Assembly (NCBI GenBank): GCA_965248575.1
Contig: CBDFJQ010000002.1
Span: 2,528,001-2,592,000 of the forward strand
Length of the DNA stretch: 64,000 nt
Reading direction: 5' to 3'
DNA from: Planctomycetota bacterium
GTDB lineage: Bacteria; Planctomycetota; B15-G4
Part shown: positions 19,488 through 28,768 of the stretch, one piece after another
Layout: every line of letters begins with the position of its first letter
Position numbering within the stretch: the first letter of the stretch is position 1
The notes under the pieces: generated by a model
Databases searched by the model: none
The model's input: only the letters and a program-made list of their open reading frames with translations
What the model was told of the DNA's origin: nothing
Made by a program: the position numbers and the translations under genes

Positions 19488-20512
19488 ACAAGACCCCTGG
19501 AAGACCCTGGCGCCTGCGGGCGACGCGCGATCTGTGCGTGCTGGGCGCGCTCCTAGCGGCGGGTTGCATGCTCGTCGAGCTGGCCGTCGAGCCCGATCCA
19601 GGCCCCAGCTTCAGTCACCGCCAGCACGTGACGGAGCTCGAGATGAACTGCGTGGCCTGTCACAAGGACCTCGACGGGCAGGACCGGCCTAGCCTGCCGT
19701 CCGAAGCCCTGTGCCAGCTGTGTCATCGCCGGATCGACTCAGAGAAACCGGAACCCGAGCGGGCGAGCGTCTTCTTCGTAGACGGCGTACACCAACCCTT
19801 GAACGTGCTGAGCGTCGACCCGGAGGTCCGCTTCTCGCACAAGGCCCACCTGGACGTCGTCGGCAGCTGTACGAGCTGCCACGAGGGCATCCGCGAAAGC
19901 GAGCGCCTGGGTCCTGGCGACCAGATCGCCATGGCTGACTGCATCGACTGCCACCAACGCGTCGCCGCACCCGAAGGCTGCGCTGTTTGCCACACCCAGG
20001 TCGACGAGCAGTGGCAGCCCGAGAACCACGAGCGGCTGTGGGACAAACTGCACGGCAGCGTCGCCCGGAATCCCTCCGAAGTGCTGACCGAACGCTGCTC
20101 CATGTGCCACACCGAGTCGACCTGCGTCACCTGCCATCAGTCGGAGCAGCCCGACAGCCACACCAACTTCTGGCGCCTCAAGAGCCATGGCTTCGAAGCC
20201 CAGGCGGACCGTGCCAGCTGCCAAACGTGCCACCGCGAGGACTCGTGCGCAAGCTGCCACGAGTCCACGCGCCCGCTCTCGCACAAGGGCATGTTCGGAC
20301 AGACGCGCAACACCCACTGTTTCGGCTGCCACCAGCCGCTGCGGAACGAGAGCTGTGCCGTCTGCCACAAGAGCACCCCCAGCCACTTCATGGCGACTCC
20401 CCTTCCCTCCGACCACTCACCTAGCCTCAACTGCCGCCAATGCCATGGCGCCGGCGCCCCCCTTCCGCACGTCGACGACGGGTCGTCCTGCACGTCCTGC
20501 CACCTGCCTTGA
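19475..20512 (+). CDS. 13-heme c-type cytochrome, probable lipoprotein
   Basis: 13 CXXCH counted in 345 aa; c3/c7-like FSH..H motifs; lipobox LLAAGC. Confidence 0.9.
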   Translation: MAILNKTPGRPWRLRATRDLCVLGALLAAGCMLVELAVEPDPGPSFSHRQHVTELEMNCVACHKDLDGQDRPSLPSEALCQLCHRRIDSEKPEPERASVFFVDGVHQPLNVLSVDPEVRFSHKAHLDVVGSCTSCHEGIRESERLGPGDQIAMADCIDCHQRVAAPEGCAVCHTQVDEQWQPENHERLWDKLHGSVARNPSEVLTERCSMCHTESTCVTCHQSEQPDSHTNFWRLKSHGFEAQADRASCQTCHREDSCASCHESTRPLSHKGMFGQTRNTHCFGCHQPLRNESCAVCHKSTPSHFMATPLPSDHSPSLNCRQCHGAGAPLPHVDDGSSCTSCHLP

Positions 20513-20522
20513 GGTCAGCCCG

Positions 20523-23500
20523 ATGACTTCCTCCCGCTTGCCCAACACATTGCTGCACCTCAGCTGCCAGCTGCTCGCTGTCGCCTGGCTCGGCGGCAGT
20601 CTCATGGCGCAGGCGCAGATCACGGGCATCTCGGTCTCGGAAGCCACGTTGGGCACGCGCTTCGAGATCGCCGGTTCGGGCTTCGGCAGCAAGCCGCCCA
20701 CGGTGGCCTTGGCCATGGGCGGCCAGAAGGTGCCCAAGACGGCGCTCAAGGTCATCCCACCCAGCTCGGATGGACTGCTGACGCTGGAGGTGAAGAAGGC
20801 GCTGCTAGGGACGTTCACGATCCTGCTGGATCCGGCTGGCAAGGGCAGCCCGCCCGTTGAATCCAAGGACAGCCTGACGATCGTCGCGCCCAGCATCGTG
20901 GCGTTCGACGACGACAACTATGGCCTGCCAGGTGCTGAGGTCAGCATGACCGTGGATCAGGCGGGCGCTCCCGGTGCGTTGGTCCGGGTGGGCGGCAAGA
21001 AGGCGAAGATCGTGTCCATCGTTCCGCTCTCTGCATCCGCGGGACAGGGGCAGGCCCAGGCAACGGTCGCAGGCACCGAGACCCACTCGCTGGTGGTCTT
21101 CAGGGTTCCGAAGGCCCTGCCCAACGGTGCCTGGGACGTGAGCTTCTCCAACCCGGTAGGAAGCAGCGTCGCCAAGGGCGGGCTGACGGTGATCGGCAGC
21201 GAAAAGCCCCTGGGTAAACCCGTTCTCGTGGCGGACATCGAGGGCCTCTCCCGCTTCCGGGTCAGCGGCAAGAAGAAGCTCAAGGTGGACACCTCCTTCA
21301 CGGGGCCAAGCACTGTCTCCGGTTCACGCGGTGGCAAGAAGTCCCGTAGCTTCAGCCTGAGCTTGCCCTTCGTCTCGGGTGTGTCGACGGCCCCTGCGCT
21401 GTTCACGAACAACCCCGCGTCGCTGCACTACGTGGAGACCCAGAAGGGTGTCGTGACGCTGGAGCTGATGTCCACGCCAGGGAGCATCAGCATCCAGGTC
21501 AGCGCCGACGCCGACGACATGGTCGCTGGCTCCTTCTGCGGCACGCTCTACCCGCTGACGGAAGGTGGCGAACCGCGAGAGGTGTCGGGCAGCTTCACCT
21601 TCGATGGCAGCTTCGAGCTCGACGGCGACGGCGGCCTCACCAACCCGAACCTGCCGGCGGGGCAGGCGGGCCCGGGGCTGAACATCCAGATCCTCTCTCT
21701 CAGTGGTGCCAGCGGAGCGACAGGCAACTTCCAGCCCGGCGACCGCATCCGGGTGACCTTTCGCCTGGCGAAGGACGACGGCAGCGCCTGGCGCCTGGAA
21801 GAGATGGGTTCGACGCGGGCGGCCGTCTCTGGCCCCACCTTCAACTACCAGCGCGTGGTGCCCCAGGTGAGCAACCTGAAACAGGCGTCCATCGACCATG
21901 GGGACGACACCTACACCTACAAATTCTCTGCACCGATCCCGCCGACCTATCTGCCGCCGCTCAATGACTCAGCGAGCTTCGGCAAGAGCGACGGCGAGCT
22001 CTCGGGGCTGAAACTGCTCGACGGCACCTACACCGTGGCGCTGTGGTTCGACTGGCCCTACTCGGTCGAGGGCAACTCCTTCAAGGACGTGGGGACGACA
22101 ACCCGCGACTTCCTGCTGGGCACATCCGTGAACTTCGTGGTGCCGCGCGAAGTGGTGACCACCGCCAACTGCAATCAGTGTCACGGGGAGTTGCAGTTTC
22201 ATGGGGCAGGGCGACGCACGAGTCAGCTGTGCGTGATCTGCCACACCGCCGGCTCAGAGGACCGCAACAACCCGGACATCGGTGGCGGGACTCCCGGCGC
22301 CAGCGTCGAGTTCTCCGTGATGATCCACAAGCTGCACAACGGCTCGCACCTGCCTAGCGTCTTGGGCGTGAGCACGGACGTCGTCGGCCAGCGCATCTAC
22401 AATGCGACTCCCCTGCCCTACCAGTTGGCCGGCTTTGGCGACGAGTTGTACGACTATGGGGATGTCGAGCTGCCGGCCTACCCAAACAACCTGATGCCCA
22501 TGCCCAAGGACTTCGGCTACAGCACCCTCGACCCCAGTAGCGAACAACCCCTGGAAGACAGGATGCGGCGCGGTGTCACCAACTGCGTGCTGTGTCATGG
22601 CGACCCAGATGGAAGCGGGCCGTTGCAGGCCCCTGCCCAGGGCGAGCTGGCCTACACCCAGATGAAGCGCAGCAGCTGTGGCTCCTGCCACGACGACTGG
22701 GTCTTCGACCGCCCCTACACCGCCAACCAACAGACCATGCCGGCGCAGACCGACGACGCCACCTGTGCCCAGTGTCACGGCGACACGGGCTCACCCCTCT
22801 CCCCGCGCACGGCCCACATCCATCCGCTGCTCGACGAGACCATCGCACAGGGAATCCAATTCGGGATTGCCAGCGTGAACGAAGCCGGAGTGCACGATGC
22901 CGACGGCAGCTTGGACCCCGGCGAGAAGCTGGCGATCACGATGTTCCTGCGCGACGCCCAGGGAGCAGAGTTGGACCCGAGCAGCCTCGGCTCGCGCCAG
23001 CTGGCCATTTCCGGTCCGTCCCAGAACATGAATGTGCTGCTGCCACAGCAGGCCCTCCCCGCCGAGCTTCTCACAGGCCCGCAGCCTTTCACCTTCAACC
23101 CGCCGATGCGTGTCTACAACGAGATCCTGGGCGTCGCCACCGCGCTCGCGGATGAGTTCGGCAGCGCCTTCGTCCCCCACCTGAACCTGCCCGGGCATCT
23201 CACCGAGCTGCACGTGGTTACAGGCTTCGGGCTGGGCGACACGCTGCTCGACGGCGACGTCAGCGCGGCCATGAACTTCATCGACGTCCTGAGCGCGAGC
23301 AACTTCGAGCGCGACGACTGGCTCGTGCTCGACGACGGATCACCCAGCGAGGAGTATCTGCGGATCCAGCTCGTCGAGGGCAACAGGCTCTGGTTCTCCT
23401 CCCCCCAGTCCCAGGACTATGCGCCTGGCCCCAAGACCACGCACACGGCCGGCGCAACCGTACGCGAGGTGTTCACGATCGAGTTGGACGAAGGGCTGCA

Positions 23501-24398
23501 CTACGACCTGGATGTAGCCACGGGCAGCATCACCGAGCTGATGGACTTCGGCACGGGCAACACACTGCTCAGCACCTACAGCAGCGACTTCGTCGTGCCG
23601 GAGACCTACCCCCTGGCACTCAACGCTGAGCCCGCCCTGGGCGACACCGCCGGAACCTGGGCCGACAAGAGCGTCGTCGACGGCACCTACTCGGCCTTCG
23701 TCTGGGGCACGCGCGACCTCACGCTGAACCTCGTCGGCGAGACGAACAGCTATCGCGAAGGAGCTCCCGGCGTGCGCCAGGACTTCCTGCTCGGGGATGC
23801 GAGCAGCGTCCAGCCCTATGACCTCATCGCGAGCGCAAACAGCTGCACATCCTGCCACGTCGAGCTGTCCTTCCATGGCAACAGCAGGCTCGGCTGGCAG
23901 TCTTGCCTCGCCTGCCATGGCACGGCAGGCTCGGGGGATCGGCCGCAGTACGTGGCGCCGAATGCCCCCGCCACCGACGGCGTCACGATCAACTTCCGGG
24001 AGCTGGTGCACAAGATCCACCGCGGGAGTGAGCTCGACCAGGCCGACAGCTATGCGGTGGTCGGCTTCGGCCCCACGAACAACTACCCCGACAACTTCTC
24101 CACGCACACCTACAGCCATGTCGATTATCCGAAACAGCCAGCAGGCACTGCGGACTGCACGAGCTGCCACGGGCCGGGCAACAGCGCGTGGATGCAGCCG
24201 GCCGACCGTGACCACCCGCTCGAACAAGGCCTGCCGGTGCAGGAGTGGGCCGTTGTCTGCGCGGCCTGTCACGATTCCACGAGCGCCGTGGCGCACATCC
24301 AGTCCCAGACCTCCCAACCGAGCGGCATCGAGACATGCACCATCTGCCACGCGCCCGGGCAAGACTATCCCGTGGACGAGGTCCACCTCCTCCGCTGA
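20523..24398 (+). CDS. Decaheme c-type cytochrome, OmcA/MtrC-like (paralog 2)
   Basis: 10 CXXCH (CNQCH, CVICH, CVLCH, CGSCH, CAQCH, CTSCH, CLACH, CTSCH, CAACH, CTICH); collinear with 13624-17481; start ATG 20523 gives a signal peptide ending AQA. Confidence 0.9.
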   Translation: MTSSRLPNTLLHLSCQLLAVAWLGGSLMAQAQITGISVSEATLGTRFEIAGSGFGSKPPTVALAMGGQKVPKTALKVIPPSSDGLLTLEVKKALLGTFTILLDPAGKGSPPVESKDSLTIVAPSIVAFDDDNYGLPGAEVSMTVDQAGAPGALVRVGGKKAKIVSIVPLSASAGQGQAQATVAGTETHSLVVFRVPKALPNGAWDVSFSNPVGSSVAKGGLTVIGSEKPLGKPVLVADIEGLSRFRVSGKKKLKVDTSFTGPSTVSGSRGGKKSRSFSLSLPFVSGVSTAPALFTNNPASLHYVETQKGVVTLELMSTPGSISIQVSADADDMVAGSFCGTLYPLTEGGEPREVSGSFTFDGSFELDGDGGLTNPNLPAGQAGPGLNIQILSLSGASGATGNFQPGDRIRVTFRLAKDDGSAWRLEEMGSTRAAVSGPTFNYQRVVPQVSNLKQASIDHGDDTYTYKFSAPIPPTYLPPLNDSASFGKSDGELSGLKLLDGTYTVALWFDWPYSVEGNSFKDVGTTTRDFLLGTSVNFVVPREVVTTANCNQCHGELQFHGAGRRTSQLCVICHTAGSEDRNNPDIGGGTPGASVEFSVMIHKLHNGSHLPSVLGVSTDVVGQRIYNATPLPYQLAGFGDELYDYGDVELPAYPNNLMPMPKDFGYSTLDPSSEQPLEDRMRRGVTNCVLCHGDPDGSGPLQAPAQGELAYTQMKRSSCGSCHDDWVFDRPYTANQQTMPAQTDDATCAQCHGDTGSPLSPRTAHIHPLLDETIAQGIQFGIASVNEAGVHDADGSLDPGEKLAITMFLRDAQGAELDPSSLGSRQLAISGPSQNMNVLLPQQALPAELLTGPQPFTFNPPMRVYNEILGVATALADEFGSAFVPHLNLPGHLTELHVVTGFGLGDTLLDGDVSAAMNFIDVLSASNFERDDWLVLDDGSPSEEYLRIQLVEGNRLWFSSPQSQDYAPGPKTTHTAGATVREVFTIELDEGLHYDLDVATGSITELMDFGTGNTLLSTYSSDFVVPETYPLALNAEPALGDTAGTWADKSVVDGTYSAFVWGTRDLTLNLVGETNSYREGAPGVRQDFLLGDASSVQPYDLIASANSCTSCHVELSFHGNSRLGWQSCLACHGTAGSGDRPQYVAPNAPATDGVTINFRELVHKIHRGSELDQADSYAVVGFGPTNNYPDNFSTHTYSHVDYPKQPAGTADCTSCHGPGNSAWMQPADRDHPLEQGLPVQEWAVVCAACHDSTSAVAHIQSQTSQPSGIETCTICHAPGQDYPVDEVHLLR

Positions 24399-24420
24399 CT
24401 GACGTCCAAGAGAGCCCCTC

Positions 24421-25158
24421 ATGAGCCTCCGTAACTCCCCCGCCTCCCACCGTGTGTTCGCCACGTCCGTGTTGCTCGTGCTTGGTCTGGGATACCTGCT
24501 GGCACAGGTCTATCTCTACACCAAGGAAGTGAAACCGATGATGGACAAGGGCCACAGTCTCGTAGACGGCGTGGCTTACACCTACAACGGCGTGCCCACG
24601 GCCGAACCCCGCATCCTCGTGACTCTGAGGGGCAGCATGGCATCCACGGTAAGCCCCAAGGAGTTCAGCTCCATCCAGGAGTGGATCGCAGAGGGCGCGA
24701 CACCGGAGGGTTATGAGGGAGCGGTCGCCAACGTGATCGAGAGGTCCTGCGCGTCCTGCCACGGAGAGAGTGGCTATCCGCCAGAGATCACGGGCTACGA
24801 GGACACGTTGCCCCTGACGGAGCCCGACAGCGGTGTCGACATCGCCAAGCTCGCGCGCATGACGCACATCCACCTGCTGGGCATCCCGATGCTGATGTTC
24901 ATGATCGGCAGCTTGTTCATCCGCACGCGATTCAACGAGGGCTTCAAGATCTTCGTCGTCGTCCTGCCGTTCCTGGGCATGGTGTGGGACGTCGCCCACT
25001 GGTGGATCACCAAGGTGGAGCCGTCTGCTGCCATGGGCATCATCGTGGGCGGCATCCTGATGGGTTCAGGTTTCGGCCTGCAGTGGGTGATGACCATGTG
25101 GGACATCTGGATTCCGTTGCGGAAGCCGAAACAGCCCGCCTCCACAGCGCCCGAGTAG
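24421..25158 (+). CDS. Integral membrane protein with one c-type heme motif
   Basis: N-terminal TM, soluble domain with CASCH, then about 3 TMs carrying THIH and AHWW histidines; 22 bp after the decaheme gene. Confidence 0.75.
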   Translation: MSLRNSPASHRVFATSVLLVLGLGYLLAQVYLYTKEVKPMMDKGHSLVDGVAYTYNGVPTAEPRILVTLRGSMASTVSPKEFSSIQEWIAEGATPEGYEGAVANVIERSCASCHGESGYPPEITGYEDTLPLTEPDSGVDIAKLARMTHIHLLGIPMLMFMIGSLFIRTRFNEGFKIFVVVLPFLGMVWDVAHWWITKVEPSAAMGIIVGGILMGSGFGLQWVMTMWDIWIPLRKPKQPASTAPE

Positions 25159-25300
25159 ACAGACCCGGGCCGCAGAAGTCCGCCTGATCGACCTTCGTTG
25201 TCAGCCCGACGGCTAGCGCCTCGTCCCTGGCTGACGATGGGATGGACTCCCGGATCGGCTGCGTGCCCTTCGGGTCGAAAGGCACTCAGGGTGAGGCTTC

Positions 25301-26848
25301 GTGATGAGCGGACAGTTGGCAGCGCGTGTGGCCCTCTCGATCGTGTGGGCGGCGTGTGCCTCTCGTGCCATGGCCTGTTTGACCGTGCAGGAGGGCTTGC
25401 GAGATCGCCTGGCCCAGGAGCTCGTGCAGGAGACGTTGGGCGATCAGGCCCCCGCACCCGGCCGCGAACTCTTCGAGGCGGTGCTCCAAAGTGACCACTT
25501 CCTGCACGAGGCGGTGGGCCCGCTCGACGTCTACCTGGCGCTCTCCGATGGCTTCGAGAAGGAGTCCAAGGCCAAGAAGCGCCTGGCCCAGTTGAGCGAG
25601 GGGCTGCAACCCCTCGCAGCCTCGCTCGAGGCCTGGTTTCCAGGCGAGCAAGGCGTCATCGCCGGACACCGCTTCCCGGTCGTCCTCACCCACGCCTCGC
25701 TCAAAGACAAGCAGGAGTCCTTCGACCGGGTGTTGGCGTTGCTCGACCTGTGTGAGGACGCGGGGTATTCACAATTCAAACCGGACCTGCCCGTTTTCGA
25801 CGCCACGAACCGCACCCAGGACGACGTCTTCACCTGGGAGGTCTTGCTCTGCAATCTCGCGCACGAGGAGATCACCGAGCAGGACCGCAAGTGGTCCGAA
25901 CACGGGCTCGGCTACGCCGTCATCAACATGTTGGTGAACCGTCTCTTCGCCCGTGGTGCGTGGGGCCCGCCGCCACCCTGGCTGAAGGACGGCCTCGTGG
26001 ACGAACTGGACATCAGCAGCTACGGCGAAGCCTGGATCGCCGCAGGAGAATCGGTGCAAACCACGTCCAAGCGTAGCGGCTGGGCCAACAGGGGCTGGAG
26101 CGGTTTCGTGCCCGAAGGCGCGAGCCCACCGCCGCCCGTCCTGGGCCCACCGCCAGGCCTCAAGACAAGCACCCAGCGCATGGTCGTCAGCGACAAGTGG
26201 TTGGCGCGCCGCAAAAGCAGCTCGCGCCATTGGTCGGAGCTCGCCAAGGACCTGTCCGAAGACGTGCCGGTGAGCTTTCGCAACATGGCCGCCGGGCAGA
26301 CCTTCGAGAAACGCGACCGCGCCTACGCCCGCTGCGTGCTCTATCTGCTGGTGGGCCTCGCTGAAGACGATGGCAGCATCCCACTCCTGTCCGGTATGGA
26401 CGAAAAGGAGAGTCGGGTCGGCAAGGGCGGCATCCGCACCGCCGACCCGCTGCCGGTCTTGTTCGCCCAATCCATGGGTGGCCTGCCAGGCATCGACGAA
26501 CTGGAGGCCCTCAGCATGGGCGACTTCCTGAAGCGCATCGAGCGTGTCGACCTGATGCAGAGCATCGTGTCCCTGGGCGGCGAAGGCATGCTGCAGATCG
26601 CCGACCACCGCGAGCAGTCCGCCTGGCTGTACCACCAGAAGCTCGACAACCGCAAACGCCAGACGCTCTACCAGCTCATCGTGCGCGTGGAGAACTTCCA
26701 GCAGTTGCAGGCGTGGGAGATCATCGGCAACGCCCTCGATCGCGCCGCCAGCACGGCGCTCGCCGCATCCAAGAGCTTCCCGAAGAAGCAGCGCGACCGG
26801 GACAAGGTGGAGAACGTCTTCCGCGAGGCGTTGGTGAGCGGCAGCTGA
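25301..26848 (+). CDS. Hypothetical exported protein
   Basis: 515-aa ORF with host-like codon usage and a signal-like N-terminus; no family recognised. Confidence 0.65.
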   Translation: MMSGQLAARVALSIVWAACASRAMACLTVQEGLRDRLAQELVQETLGDQAPAPGRELFEAVLQSDHFLHEAVGPLDVYLALSDGFEKESKAKKRLAQLSEGLQPLAASLEAWFPGEQGVIAGHRFPVVLTHASLKDKQESFDRVLALLDLCEDAGYSQFKPDLPVFDATNRTQDDVFTWEVLLCNLAHEEITEQDRKWSEHGLGYAVINMLVNRLFARGAWGPPPPWLKDGLVDELDISSYGEAWIAAGESVQTTSKRSGWANRGWSGFVPEGASPPPPVLGPPPGLKTSTQRMVVSDKWLARRKSSSRHWSELAKDLSEDVPVSFRNMAAGQTFEKRDRAYARCVLYLLVGLAEDDGSIPLLSGMDEKESRVGKGGIRTADPLPVLFAQSMGGLPGIDELEALSMGDFLKRIERVDLMQSIVSLGGEGMLQIADHREQSAWLYHQKLDNRKRQTLYQLIVRVENFQQLQAWEIIGNALDRAASTALAASKSFPKKQRDRDKVENVFREALVSGS

Positions 26849-26884
26849 GGTCGAAAGCGGTTCGCTGCCTGCCCGAGACGCTCC

Positions 26885-28552
26885 CTAGGCGTTGCGGCCG
26901 ATGGCCACCAAGGTCACGTCTGCACCCAGGGACGGCTCGTCGTGATACTTGCGCAAGGTCGCTGCCACGCGCTCGACCAGTTCGTCTGCGGGCAGACGAC
27001 CCGCTTGCTTCACCAAGGCAGCCAGCCGTTTCTCCCCCAGCACCTCGCCATCGGGGCCAGGTAGGAGAGAGATGCCCGATGCGAACATCACGAGCCTGTC
27101 GTCGGGCTCCACCGTGAGGTCGGCCACACTCAGGGCTGCGTCGAAGCCGCCTTCCAGCTCGGAACCCATCGCAACACCCTCGGTGTAGACCGGCTCCAGC
27201 CCATCTTGGCCGGCGTGGTAGTGCAGCAGCGGCGGGTGTCCGGCGTTGGCGACGCTGACTTGGCCCGTCGCCGGGTCCAGCACGACGAGCAGGACCGCCA
27301 CGTTGAGCCCCTGACTCAGGTCGGGAGCCAGGCGCGCATTCGCGTCACGCAGCACAGAACCCGGGTCCGCGTTGCGCTCAGCGGCGAAGCGCAACGTCGA
27401 ACGCGCCATCGCCGCGATGAGTGCACCAGGTGCTCCACCGCTCGAGGCCTCGGCCACCAACAGGCCCAACTTGCCACCGGGCATCTCGAGCACATCGTAG
27501 GTGCCGCCTCCCGGTGAGGCTTCGCGGTCGTGCAAGCCGCCCAGCGTCCATCCAGGCACTGCGGGCAGCGTCTTGGGGAACAAGCTCGCTGTGACATCCG
27601 CCGCGGCCTCCAGCTCGTGGCGGAATTCTTCCGCCTCGCGCTCCACCTCCCGGGACTCTGCCAGCCAGCGGGTCATCCGTTCGAAGGTCTGAGCCAGTTG
27701 CCCGATCTCGTCGCGGCTGTGCGGCCGCGTGTGATGGCGCAGATTCCCTGCCACCACAGCCTCGGCGTCATCCTGGAGGCGACGCATGGGGCTCGTGAGC
27801 TTCCGCGCGACGAAGAACGCGACCACCGTGCTGATCAAGATGAACACGACGCCTGCGTAGCCAACGCGCCTGCTAAAGGCCTCCGCCGCATCCGTGATGG
27901 CAGCCGCGTAGATGTGCACCACCACCTCTCCTTCTTGCACATCGTCCCGGCCCAGAATGGGATAGCTGCCGCGAATGACATGCCAGCGGGAGTCGCCCAC
28001 GGTCAGCAGCCCTTCCTCGGCCATGCCGGCGCCCATGCTCAGGGGACCACGGTCGCCGCCCGTATCGAACTCGGCGCTGGTCGCTCCCTCCACGATAGGA
28101 TAGGCGGTCCCGACCGTCTGCCCGCGCACACCGCCCTCCCAACGGAAGACCTCGACGGCAAGAATGCGGGTCGACTCGCCCAGGAAGCGTCGAAAGCGCG
28201 CGGAGTTCCACTCCACCTGTGCCCGGCGCACGGGGTCTTGGTTGTAGACCTGAAAGTCGTCGATCGACTGGCTGTCCACCCGCGTCTGGATCTCACGCCC
28301 GGTCAGGCCCTCGTCCACCGTGGCGAAGTTCTTCGTCCAGGTGACCAGGTCCGCCTGCGCGGCAGTTCGCGCGGCGTTGATCGCCTCGTGCACGATCTGG
28401 TCTCGAATCGTCTGTTCCAGCGAGCTGTGCAGCACGAGACCAAAGCCAGCCATGAAGAGCGCGACCAGGACGGCCACACTGACCGTGATCTTGATCGCGA
28501 GCGGGACACCCTTCATGGGCTTCGGGCGGTGTTCAGAAACGCCTGCGGTCAT
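26885..28552 (-). CDS. Membrane sensor with HAMP and degenerate SpoIIE/PP2C domain
   Basis: Two TMs, HAMP (SRDEIGQLAQTFERM), SpoIIE fold (ANAGHPP); catalytic Asp motifs altered. Confidence 0.85.
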   Translation of the reverse strand: MTAGVSEHRPKPMKGVPLAIKITVSVAVLVALFMAGFGLVLHSSLEQTIRDQIVHEAINAARTAAQADLVTWTKNFATVDEGLTGREIQTRVDSQSIDDFQVYNQDPVRRAQVEWNSARFRRFLGESTRILAVEVFRWEGGVRGQTVGTAYPIVEGATSAEFDTGGDRGPLSMGAGMAEEGLLTVGDSRWHVIRGSYPILGRDDVQEGEVVVHIYAAAITDAAEAFSRRVGYAGVVFILISTVVAFFVARKLTSPMRRLQDDAEAVVAGNLRHHTRPHSRDEIGQLAQTFERMTRWLAESREVEREAEEFRHELEAAADVTASLFPKTLPAVPGWTLGGLHDREASPGGGTYDVLEMPGGKLGLLVAEASSGGAPGALIAAMARSTLRFAAERNADPGSVLRDANARLAPDLSQGLNVAVLLVVLDPATGQVSVANAGHPPLLHYHAGQDGLEPVYTEGVAMGSELEGGFDAALSVADLTVEPDDRLVMFASGISLLPGPDGEVLGEKRLAALVKQAGRLPADELVERVAATLRKYHDEPSLGADVTLVAIGRNA

Positions 28553-28768
28553 GCCAACTCCTCCGCTATGCCGGCGTGCGAGCTCGCTCCAATAAGTCCG
28601 TAGGCCGCTAGTTCGCAGCTGCAGGATTCAGCACATGACGAGCCCCGGCTGACGCGTCGCCGACAATCCTAATGGGGCACGGAGGCAGCGATTTGGCGTC
28701 AGTTGCGTAGTTGGGTGCGAAGGAGTGCGTAGGGTCGGAGCCGGTCAGGTTGCCGGGCCCAACGGATG

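Noticed and set aside
20187..20522. N-terminal extension of the 1403-aa ORF
   Set aside because: Overlaps the 13-heme gene in another frame; ATG 20523 gives a proper signal peptide and matches the paralog
13624..24398. The two decaheme genes as an assembly duplication or invertible segment
   Set aside because: They are clearly diverged in protein and DNA sequence; no recombinase or flanking inverted repeats seen
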